From NCBI GenBank assembly GCA_964016885.1, contig OZ024747.1:53196001-53260000 (forward strand): DNA of 64,000 nucleotides. The letters are read 5' to 3'. The notes below the pieces were generated by a model, which was not told the origin of the DNA, searched no databases, and worked only from the letters and a program-made list of their open reading frames with translations. How positions within the stretch are numbered: the stretch's first letter is position 1; every line of letters begins with the position of its first letter. Origin of the DNA: Eledone cirrhosa (taxonomy: Eukaryota). Position numbers and translations under genes: made by a program. Below are positions 47,901 to 59,055 of the stretch, piece after piece.

Positions 47901-49160
47901 ACTGTTGGTGTTGGTGTTAGTGGTGGTGTTGTTAGTGTTACTGTCGTTGTTGTTGGTGTTAGGGGTGGTGTTGTTAGTGTTAGTGTTGTTGCTATTGTTG
48001 TTAGTGGTGGAGTTGTTAGTGTTACTGTTGGTGTTGGTGTTAGTGGTGGTGTTGTTAGTGTTACTGTTGTTGGTGTTGGTGTTAGTGGTGGTGTTGTTAG
48101 TGTTTCTGTTGTTGTTGTTGGTGTTAGTGGTGGTGTTGTTAGTGTTAGTGTTGTTGCTATTGGTGTTAGTGGTGGAGTTGTTAGTGTTACTTTTGTTGTT
48201 GTTGTTAGTGTTACTGTTGTTGCTGTTGCTGTTAGTGGTGGTGTTGTTAGTGTTACTGTTGTTGTTGTTGTTGGTGTTGTTAGTGTTAGTGGTGGGGTTG
48301 TTAGTGTTACTTTTGTTGTTGTTGTTGTTGGTGTTAATGGTGGGGTTGTTAGTGTTACTGTTGTTGTTGTTGGTGTTAGTGGTGCGGTTGTTAGTGTTAC
48401 TGTTGTTGTTGTTGGTGTTAGTCGTGGGGTTGTTAGTGTTAGTGTTGTTGTTGTTGCTGTTAGTGGTGGTGTTGTTAGTGTTACTGTTGTTGTTGGTGTT
48501 AGTGGTGTTGTTAGTGTTACTGTTGTTGTTGTTGGTGTTAGTGGTGGTGTTGTTAGTGTTACTGTTGTTGTTGTTGGTGTTAGTGGTGGTGTTGTTAGTG
48601 TTACTGTTGTTGTTGTTGTTGGTGTTAGTGGTGGTGTTGTTGTTGTTGGGATTAGTGGTGGTGTTGTTAGTGTTACTGTTGTTGTTGTTGTTGTTGTTTT
48701 TAGCGGTGGTGTTCTTAGTGGTACTGTTGTTGCTGTTGGTGTTAGTGGTGGTGTTGTTAGTGTTAGTGTTGTTGTTGTTGGTGTTGTTGTTGGTGTTAGT
48801 GGTGGTGTTGTTAGTGTTAGTGGTGGTGTTGCTAGTGTTAGTGTTGTTGTTGGTGTTAGTGGTGGTGTTGTTAGTGTTACTGTTGTTGTTGTTGGTATTA
48901 GTGGTGGTGTTGTTAGTGTTACTGTTGTTGTTGGTGTTAGTGCTGGTGTTGTTAGTGGTACTGTTGTTGCTGTTGGTGTTAGTGGTGGTGTTGTTAGTGT
49001 TAGTGTTGTTGTTGTTGGTGGTGGTGTTAGTGGTGGTGTTGTTAGTGTTAGTGTTGTTGTTGTTGTTGGTGGTGTTAGTGGTGGGGTTAGTGTTGCTTAT
49101 AGTATTGGCCACAGTAATAGTGTTGCTGATTTTAGTGGTTGTTGTCGTAGTTAGTGGTGG
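23935..49160. repeat. ~25-kb satellite of ~42-bp units (GTTAGTGGTGGTGTTGTTAGTGTTACTGTTGTTGTTGTTGGT), roughly 600 units, with higher-order blocks
   Basis: Units are built from GTT/GGT/AGT/ACT triplets and length variants differ by 3 nt. Triplet phase is broken only at ~38873 and ~46396 (single-base losses). Confidence 0.97.
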
Positions 49161-49479
49161 TCATGGTTGCGCTGGGGGTGATGATGATGATGATGACTTA
49201 TTATCAACGTCATCGTGGTAGTCGTCTTTGTCGTTGTTTTCATCATCATTACCATCATCATCATCATCATCATCATTATTACCATCACCATCATTAACAC
49301 CATCGTCATTATCACCACCACTATCATTACCACAATCACCACTACCATCATTATCATCATAGTTGTCGTCGTCGTAGTCATCATCATCATCATCATCATG
49401 TATGCTCTCATCACCATTGATCACTAGTATTGATCACGATGAGTTACAGGTGTGGCATCAGACCTCAATCCCTTACATG

Positions 49480-49720
49480 GCGGGACTTCAATCCACGCTA
49501 GCATTTGAACTCAGAACCGAAGGGATTGCAACACGCCCCACAAGGCATCTCGCCTGCACTTTAACGATTTCGCCAGTCCATCTCTCTTGGCTGGGACTTT
49601 ATTTATCGACCGCGAAACAATGAAACACAGTGTTACCGAAGGCGGAGTTTGAGGACAAAAGGTAAAATGACGGAAAAAATGTCCCAACAATGCCCTCGTT
49701 TTAATGCCATTCCTAATCAT
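49480..49720 (-). mobile_element. Two adjacent degenerate SINE fragments
   Basis: ATTTGAACTCAGAAC (reverse B box) and ACTTTATTTATCGACC match the SINE family at 3709. Confidence 0.55.
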
Positions 49721-49757
49721 AAGAGGATCATCACACTCGTCGTCCTTGTCGTCATTT

Positions 49758-50596
49758 CACAACAACAACAATAACAGCAGTAGCAGTAGCAACAATGACA
49801 ACACCAGCAACAGCCACAACAACAATATTAACAACAACAACAACAGTAACAGTAACAACAACAATAACAAGACCACAGCAAAATAACAATAATAGCTACA
49901 ACACCAACAACAATAATAACAATGGCAAAAATAATAACAACAACAGTAGCAGCAACAACAACAACAGCCACAACAACAATAGTAAAAGCAGTAACAGTAA
50001 CAACAACATTAACAACAACAACAGCAGCAACAAGACTACAGCAAATAACAATAATAGCCACAACAACAATAACCCCCCCCCCCCCCCCCACCATTACCAC
50101 CACCGTCACAATCACCTTCACCACCACCATCACCATCACCACCATTAACACCACCATCACCACCAGCACCACCACCATCACCATCATCACTATCAGCAAC
50201 AAGACTACTGCCAATAACAATAATAGACACAACAACAATAACACCACCATCGCCACCCCCACCACCACCACCACCACCACCACCACCACCGTCACCACCT
50301 CCGTCACCATCACCATCGCCACCACCATCACCATCACCACCATTACCACCACCACCACCACCACCACCACCACCACCACCACCACCACCACCACTATCAC
50401 CATCACCACCACCTCCACCACCACCACCAACAGCACCATCACCACCATCACCACCATCACCACCACCACCACCACCAACAGCACCAACAGCACCACCACC
50501 ACCACCACCACCATCACCACCACCACCACCACCATCACCACCACCATCACCACCACCACCACCACCATCACCGTCACCACCACCACCAGCACCAGC

Positions 50597-50627
<31 letters not shown>

Positions 50628-51073
50628 CCACCACCATCACCACCACCACCACCACCACCACCAACAGCACCACCACCACCACCACCACCATCACCACCAC
50701 CACCACCACCACGACCATCACCACCACCACCACCACCACCACCAACAGCACCACCACCACCACCACCACCACCACCACCACCACCACCATCACCACCACC
50801 ACCACCACCACAATACCACCACCACCACCACCACCACCACCACCACACCACCACCACCACCACCACCACCACAACACCACCACCACCACCACCACCACCA
50901 TCACCACCACCACCACCACCACCACCACCACAACACCACCACCACCACCACCACCACCATCACCACCACCACCACCACCACCACCACCACCACAACACCA
51001 CCACCACCACCACCACCACCACCACCACCACCACCACCACCACCACCACCACCATCACCACCATCACCACCAA

Positions 51074-51104
<31 letters not shown>

Positions 51105-51429
51105 ACCACCACCACCACCACCACCATCACCACCACCACCACCACCACCACCACCACCACCAACAGCACCACCACCACCACCACCACCAACAGCACCACC
51201 ACCACCACCACCACCATCACCATCACCACCACCACCACCACCACGACCATCACCACCACCACCACCACCACCACCACCACCACCAACAGCACCACCACCA
51301 CCACCACCATCACCACCACCATCACCACCACCAGTATCACCACCACCACCACCACCACCACCACTGTCACCACCACCACCACCACCACCACCACCACCAC
51401 CACCACCACCACCACTATCAGCAACAACA
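49758..51429. repeat. (AAC)n-rich tract followed by ~1.35 kb of (CAC/ACC)n microsatellite
   Basis: Direct reading; phase slips turn poly-Thr into poly-Pro and poly-His in the ORF track. Confidence 0.95.
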
Positions 51430-51865
51430 GGTTTAGGTCGACTGTGAATCTGTTGTTGTCTCCTGTGGTGTGTACACAGGTCAGGTTTTTCTTTCCAGAC
51501 TAAGTAATTTGCTGGACGTTGTTATGGTTTCCGGTATGTCTGAAGTAATATATTGATGGTCACCAATTAGTAATTATTATTAATAGAGATAATTAATTAG
51601 CAGGACAACATTAATTAAATGTTGATATTGGCTGTATTTATATGATGACCAATTGTAGTGGTAATCAGAACATCAAGTTTTTAACATGTTCAATTGACCA
51701 CTGGCTCTCCTTTTGTGAATATCTCTTTTTTTTTTCCATATCTAATCCTTGTCTGGGTCATCACGATATAACACCAAACAATAGCCGGCCATCATAACTT
51801 CATTCTGAAAGCCTTGTTATCATGGCAGACACCTGGGAATTTAGCGCCCTACGTTAGCTATTGTA

Positions 51866-52035
51866 GTGAACGAAATAGTAGAGTCGTTAGAACACTGGAT
51901 AGAAAGAATACATCACGGTACTAATCCAGGCTTTCTCTGCTCTGAATTCAGAACGCACCAATGTCAGCTTTACCTTCAATCCTTTCGAGGGCGATCAATA
52001 ACGAACCAGACAAGTAGTGGGATTAATCCTTCCTC
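51866..52035 (+). mobile_element. Degenerate SINE copy
   Basis: GTAGAGTCGTTAGAACAC head, TCTGAATTCAGA, CAGCTTTACCTTCAATCCTTTCGAGGGCGATCAATAA body. Confidence 0.6.
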
Positions 52036-52070
52036 TTTAGTCCTTTGTCCCTTCCTCTAACCTTACCCCC

Positions 52071-52108
<38 letters not shown>

Positions 52109-52116
52109 CTCTCTCT

Positions 52117-52158
<42 letters not shown>

Positions 52159-52196
52159 TTGCGAGCTTTTTTATATGAAATCGTGTGTCGAAACAA

Positions 52197-52289
52197 ATAT
52201 TGTTATACTTGGCGAAAACCAACCAAACAGTGAGTGTGTTCTGTTATTAATTCTGGCAATATTACACAAATATGACCCTCCCCAAGTAT

Positions 52290-52296
<7 letters not shown>
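52197..52296. repeat. 100-bp unit with 16-bp inverted ends, abutting (TA)n; related end at ~6730-6870
   Basis: ATATTGTTATACTTGG ... CCAAGTATAACAATAT. The ending ATGACCC.CCC.AAGTATAACAATAT is shared with 6845-6870. Confidence 0.6.
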
Positions 52297-52342
<46 letters not shown>

Positions 52343-52589
52343 GACTGGACACTTTCTTGTTCACAAGTGTTTTTAGGCCTCATATCATGTTACCTTCTTT
52401 TATCTGATGAGAACACAATTTTTGTCCCAGGATGATGTTGTTTTCGAAATGGGCATAATAAAAATATCTGGAACTTTTTTTAACCATCTTTTAATTTCTT
52501 CTTTAATATATACTCCAGTTCTACCAACTGTTGAGTGCTACTTATCTGATATATGCATAGTTTTATTGTTCTACAATATTACTCACCTC

Positions 52590-52676
<87 letters not shown>

Positions 52677-52776
52677 CGTGTGTGTGTGTGTAAAAGGTAA
52701 TTAGAAATAACAACACAATCGGTACAGTATATGGAGGGATTATATTAGGTTAATGCTTGAAATAACAGGAAGAGGG

Positions 52777-52812
52777 TCTTAACGTTTCGGACGTCAGTCT
52801 TTCATCAGAAGA
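52777..52812 (-). ncRNA. Minimal hammerhead motif, extra-A variant
   Basis: TCTT-CTGATGA-A-AGAC tgac GTCC-GAAA-CG-TT-AAGA. Palindromic ACGT stem III; first pair of stem II is mismatched. Confidence 0.6.
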
Positions 52813-53119
52813 AAGAATGAGAAATTAGATAGATTGAAGGGATTGGCGGGGGCTGAAATTGGAAAAATGTTTTTAGAGAAAAATAACAGATCCATTCATG
52901 TTGCCATCTCTTGGAAAACTGTTGATGCTGTTTGGTATAAATATATATGTATATATATGGAGGAGGTTATAGTTCACTTGAAGCATTGTGTAATGAGGTA
53001 TAAACGTTTGTATATGTATAATAAAGCCAAAACAATGCAGGTATGGACATAGAATAAAGAATGCAAATGCAAAAGATATTGTTGACAATTAGTCTTTTAC
53101 CTTAGATTTATTTAAATGT

Positions 53120-53154
53120 CCTTACATTTCGAGATAATATCTCTTCTTCGGAGG
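53120..53154 (-). ncRNA. Second, decayed extra-A hammerhead motif ~340 nt upstream of the previous one
   Basis: CCT-CCGAAGA-A-GAGAT att ATCTC-GAAA-TG-TA-AGG; core U4 is changed to C. Confidence 0.5.
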
Positions 53155-53278
53155 GAAGTAAAGCGGTTAAACCAGTGTTCTAAATAGCTTGCCAAGTCAT
53201 GCTGACAGGAAATGGTATAGAGTATCTGTTCTATCTCTAATATCAAAGAGTTATAGCTTGCTCTGTAACAAATATATA

Positions 53279-53363
<85 letters not shown>

Positions 53364-54189
53364 TATATAGCTTGCTCTGTAACAAATCAGTTTGTGAAAT
53401 TAAAGAGCAAGAAGCTAAGCATTCCCCATACAGGTTTATTTTAACCTAGTTCTCAGGGAGATTCAGAATGACACAGTGTGTTACAAGACTGTCCCTTTAA
53501 ATTTACATGTATTTTATTTACTCATTTTATTCTTTGCGTTTTGCTGAACGACACAACGCGCTGCCGTGAATCAAGCGTATGATTTTAAGATTGTGGCCGG
53601 AACATCCTAACCACTAAGCCAACCGCCTTCACTGTGTAGACCGAAGCACAGAGGAATCGTAATAACTGACTACCAATTATGTTGCTGGGTTAATGCTAAA
53701 ATACTCTAACTCTGCTACATGCTATAACTTAATACTTAGACAAAGTGGTGGACTGCTAAACATTGGTAGAGATGAAGAACTTATAGTTATTCAGTTCCAT
53801 GAAATCCGGACCTTAGGAAGAACTCTGGATATTACATAAAAGCTACATTTTTGTTGCTTTACATAGTATTGTATATTTTCCTATACTCTTAAATTGCCAC
53901 TAAAACATATCTATAAAAAACAACAACATAACAAAGTAAAAGTTTTTACATTTATATTTTTCACTTCAATATTTATAATTACATTTCCGCAATAAATGTA
54001 CTCTATAAATTTCGCTATATTTAATAAAAATTTCTTTAATGTAGCTTCATTAGATTATATTTAATTCAATACGGCCTTCAAACATATAAAAAAAGATTCA
54101 CCGCCTCATTATCCTTAATTCAATGCGGTCTTTAAATATAAAACGGTTCCCTGCCTCATTACACATGATTCAATGCGGACTTTAAATAT

Positions 54190-54406
54190 TGTTTCTAACA
54201 CAAGCACAAGACTAGTAATTTAGGAGGTTGGGGAAGGAACATCGATTAAATCGCTCACAGTACTTTTATTGGTATTTTTTTTTATTGCCCCCGGAAGCAT
54301 GAAAGATTGTCTTGGTGAGATTTGAACTCAGAAGATAAAGTACTATAAACACATATTTTGATGTATTTTGTTTGATGCTCTAACGCTCCTGCTAATCCAC
54401 TGCCCT
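54190..54406 (-). mobile_element. SINE inserted in a short ~55-60-bp tandem repeat (54060-54445)
   Basis: Reverse B box ATTTGAACTCAGAA, tail TGTTTCTAAC...GCACAAG. CTTTAAATAT is duplicated at 54180-54189 and 54411-54420. Confidence 0.75.
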
Positions 54407-54464
54407 CAGTCTTTAAATATGGAAGAAAAAAAAGGCTCCCTGCTTCTGTATCAGTGGTTTTAGT

Positions 54465-54840
54465 CTTTAATTATTTTATTTTTCCAAATATAATTCATTA
54501 GTAGAGTAAAGCAATGAAGAATGACACGATGCTGAATGAAAACAAAAGCAATATATACAAACACACACACACCGACCACAACTAAATATGGAATGATACG
54601 CGATAGGGCTCCGCCACAGCCCCGGCGGTCAGAATAGAGAAGGCGTTTCCCCGGAGGACAGCAAGGGAGACGCGCTGGAAAAGCCACTCCAACTCGCGGG
54701 GCTCACACCTGCGGCTGGCCAGCTCAGCGCCTATGGTGGTGAGTAGGGAGGTAGCCCTGGGGCCAAGGACACCAGAAGTCTCCACTGCCAGGGGTACAAC
54801 CGCAAACCTGTCGGAGAGCGACCGGTATTTAAGGAGTTTG
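54465..54840 (-). mobile_element. 5'-truncated CRE-clade (RLE) non-LTR retrotransposon 3' end
   Basis: Open frame KLLKYRSLSDRFAVVPLAVETSGVLGPRATSLLTTIGAELASRRCEPRELEWLFQRVSLAVLRGNAFSIL matches the CRE-type C-terminus K..KY...F.P.AVET.G..G...QR.S.A..RGNA. Stop at 54582; A-rich end with AATAAA near 54475. Confidence 0.8.
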
Positions 54841-55635
54841 TGTTATGTCACTCCATTCTGTTTACTAACTCTACAAAAATGAATTTATATTTGATCTTCT
54901 AAAAGCCATGTTTATGTATTCAACGGGCTCTATGCAGTCGCTCTGTTCCAATCCTAGATGTCTGTATACTTTTGAGGATATCTTGTGATGTGATTGCATT
55001 TTCTGAAATGGTATTTTATTCATCATGTTTTTCTTTCTCTTTTTTTTTTTTTTAACCTAAGTCATATTTTTTTGATATCATTAACTACACACTTTGATAA
55101 GAGCTTATTATGTAATATAGATATATAATATTTTAATCTATAATATTGCTTATTTCTAATTCTTTATAAGAAGTATTATATAGCGTTGATTATCATATCA
55201 TTAGCTAAATCATATATAGTTTTTTTTTTCATATAAACCATTCTGAATTATTCTTGCTATAAAGATCTAACGAATTGCATGTTGCTGTGTTTCTTATCAA
55301 AATTATGTGTACAGTAGACCTTTGCGGTGATTGGTTTATCACTGAGCTTTCTTTCCTTATATTTGATCTAGAGTAATTCAAACCTGGACTCAAATATACT
55401 GCTTTCAGTTAACTGTAAGAAGAAAGGCTTTGAAATATTTACCATTGACCAGAAAAAAGAAAACGTTCGTCAAGTTTGTATATGCATACAAACACGCACA
55501 AACACACACAAACACACACAATCGCATTGCTGACTGAATACACACGTGGTTTTTCTAAAAAAATATTGTTTTTTTTTGTCGTCCCTTCCTCTTCTCCCGG
55601 CAAATGTTTCTATTTCATCTTTATTTTTCATTCTA

Positions 55636-55671
55636 TCTTCTGATGAAGGATTAGTGTCCGAAACATAAAGA
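55636..55671 (+). ncRNA. Minimal hammerhead motif, extra-A variant, same element family as 52777
   Basis: TCTT-CTGATGA-A-GGAT tagt GTCC-GAAA-CA-TA-AAGA. Downstream AAGCATTAA.CTAA.AT...TACTGT..CGATT is shared with the 52692-52780 copy; both copies end at a dinucleotide microsatellite. Confidence 0.65.
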
Positions 55672-55888
55672 GACTTTTGCTATTAAATGAAGCATTAAAC
55701 TAAAATATTTCTTCATTGTACTGTGTCGATTCACTCGTTATTTACGTTTACTTTTTGCATATATATATATATATATATATATAATGACTTCCGCAGTCTG
55801 AGGATGGCGAGTGGGAAAAACGTTTTTACAAAACCTTCCCATCATGCAATTTCACCTCTGCCATTCGTTGAGATATATACACACACAC

Positions 55889-55925
<37 letters not shown>

Positions 55926-56052
55926 TGCATATAGGTGTCTGTATGCGTACATACATACATACATACATATACACACACACACACATATATATATATGTAT
56001 ATATATATATACTTGTAGGTATATATATGTATATATATATATACTTGTAGGT

Positions 56053-56086
<34 letters not shown>

Positions 56087-56179
56087 ATATATAAGTGTAT
56101 ATGAGTGTTAATTCAACAAAATTTAATAATGGTGTGCAGATGTTTGTTATCCATTGTCTCCACCTCTTCCTATTTTCTG

Positions 56180-56180
<1 letters not shown>

Positions 56181-56239
<59 letters not shown>

Positions 56240-56273
56240 GACGACGACGACGACGACGACGACTACTACTACT
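56181..56273. repeat. Compound (ACT)n(ACG)n(ACT)n microsatellite
   Basis: Direct reading. Confidence 0.95.
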
Positions 56274-56363
56274 ATTAGTTGTACTAGTATCAAATATATA
56301 CCTAGATTATATATGTTTATATGAATGTGTGATCGTATCCAGTATATCCGTCTCCCTCTCTCG

Positions 56364-56488
<125 letters not shown>

Positions 56489-56964
56489 TGTTATCATTAT
56501 TGTTTTGTTGGTATTGTTGTGATAGCTGCTGTGTTCTCAGCCAGACTGTCTTCCATCCATATAAAAGAAGGGGAAAAAAAAAACAAAAAGAAAAACAATA
56601 ATATAACAACGACAACAACAACAACAACAACAACAACAATAACAATAACAATAGCAAAAATGAAGAACCCAAACAAAACTGAACAATTCCTCCTCAACCG
56701 CCGTCAACTACATCAGTCTCCTCCCACACCACCCCACACCACCCCACACCACACCATATACACATACAGCATCACACCCAATTTATTGGCTGTGACATTA
56801 AAAACACCCTGGGGTGGATTAGGGGTAGGTAAGAAGAAACGAGTTAAAATAACATGAGAGCTTTAAGTACGAGCTTGAACTCAGGTCTTGAAGTCAGAAA
56901 AATATTCGAGGAATTGGAAATGGTGCTAAACATTTTTATTTGCGTTCCTCTACTTACATTAATA

Positions 56965-56971
56965 TTATATG

Positions 56972-57029
<58 letters not shown>

Positions 57030-57121
57030 TATATATATTTACGTGTGTGTGTGTGTGTGCGTATATATATATTTATGTGTGTGTGTATGCGTGCATATAT
57101 AAATATGTATGTGTGCGTGCG

Positions 57122-57218
<97 letters not shown>

Positions 57219-57347
57219 ATATGCGTGTATATATATATACATGTATATATGCGTGTATATATTTACATGTGTGTGTGTGTGCGTATATATATATTTATGT
57301 GTGTGTGTATGAGTGCATATATAAATATGTATGTGTGCATGCGTGCG

Positions 57348-57422
<75 letters not shown>

Positions 57423-57448
57423 ATATGCGTGAGTGTGTGTGTGCGAGC

Positions 57449-57499
<51 letters not shown>

Positions 57500-57544
57500 G
57501 ATGTATATATGTGCATGTGTGTATGTGTGTGTGTGTGTGCGCGC

Positions 57545-57596
<52 letters not shown>
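56965..57596. repeat. (TA)n/(TG)n compound tract with an internal ~225-bp duplication
   Basis: ATATTTAC.TGTG...GCGTATATATATATTTATGTG...GTGCATATATAAATATGTATGTGTGC occurs at ~57035 and ~57259. Confidence 0.85.
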
Positions 57597-57598
<2 letters not shown>

Positions 57599-57616
57599 CT
57601 AAAGCAAATGTCTTAC

Positions 57617-57739
57617 TTGAAGCTTTTAAAACACGGACAAGAATTTTGTTGAATGGCTCCAAAATCTTATGGTCTACTGCAAGATGTCTTGGATGAAATT
57701 TATTTTCTGAATATGTGGAATTCTTGGAAACTTCAATGT
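57617..57739 (-). CDS. Candidate internal exon C (phase 1-1) of an unidentified low-complexity protein gene
   Basis: Donor CAA|GTAAGA. Acceptor TTCTTCGTCTTCTTGTGTCTGAG| (123 nt) or in-frame TATTCAG| at 57706 (90 nt). Open frame [40 protein letters not shown]. No homology recognised. Confidence 0.4.
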
Positions 57740-57949
57740 CTCAGACACAAGAAGACGAAGAAATCAAATTTTCCTTTGTTGTTTTTTTGTTGTTGTTTTA
57801 TTGTTGCTGTTGGCTTCTGGTTGTGTTTAATTTTTACGTTTGGTTGTAAATATGTATGTGTAATGTATGTGTGTGAATATATATGTTTGTTCATGTGTAT
57901 GCGTGTGAATATGTGTGTACATATGTATGTGTATGTATATATATATGTA

Positions 57950-57996
<47 letters not shown>

Positions 57997-58015
57997 CTAT
58001 GCGTGTGTGCGATTG

Positions 58016-58059
<44 letters not shown>

Positions 58060-58101
58060 TATTTGTGTATATATATATATATATATATATATACACAAAT
58101 A

Positions 58102-58152
<51 letters not shown>

Positions 58153-58202
58153 TTTTCTTTTATTCCTATTATCGGTTTTATGATACGTGGCATTACACTT
58201 AC

Positions 58203-58347
58203 TTTTCCATTTTGGCGCTTTGTATATATTATCATTATTAGTAGTAACAGTTTTGTTCTTGTTGTTGTTGTGGCTGCTATTGTTGTCGTTGTTATTGTTG
58301 GTGTGGTACTGCTTGTAGTTTGTTCGGGTCCTTTCATTTGGTTTCGT
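58203..58347 (-). CDS. Candidate internal exon B (phase 0-1), Asn/Thr-rich
   Basis: Long pyrimidine tract then ...CCTTGTGAG| acceptor; donor AAA|GTAAGT. 145 nt, [48 protein letters not shown]. Confidence 0.4.
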
Positions 58348-58457
58348 CTCACAAGGAATTTTACAAAGAGACGGAGAGATAAGAGAGAGAGAGAGAGAGA
58401 GAGATTGAGAAAAATAAAATAGAGGGTAAGATAGATAAGACAGAGCGAAAGTGATTC

Positions 58458-58533
<76 letters not shown>

Positions 58534-58757
58534 CAGAGATATGTGAGAGTAGAAGGTGTGAGAGAAATATGGGATGAGAGATGAGGGAGGACGGGAGTAG
58601 ACTAGGATAAATGATGGCGATGTAGAAATATGGCAAAATTTAGCGCAATTGTCTCATTTACAGATAAATATCTCGAGACATTTGTTTCATATGGTTTTTC
58701 GCAAATTTTTGAGCTTATTCTTTTTATTTTATTTAACGTCTTACTATTGAAGGTGTG

Positions 58758-58801
<44 letters not shown>

Positions 58802-58831
58802 ATATGGGTGTGTATATGTCTTTCCCTCTCT

Positions 58832-58883
<52 letters not shown>

Positions 58884-59055
58884 AACTCTTATTTTCCTGT
58901 AATTACACATACATTCATAAACACATGTATATATAACTACAGGCGCACTATATTTTAGTTCTATTAACCATATATTGATATAGCGAAATATATAAATAAT
59001 TATAAAGAAAATAGAAATGAAACTCATTGAATTACTGGTTCAGCGACTGGAGAAC

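Noticed and set aside
31080-47970. TTAGGG hexamers in the satellite as interstitial telomere
   Set aside because: Isolated single TTAGGG variants arising from AGT to AGG; never tandem.
49922-51436. Thr/Pro/His-rich 504-aa ORF and Gly-rich antisense ORF
   Set aside because: Pure (CAC)n microsatellite with random phase slips.
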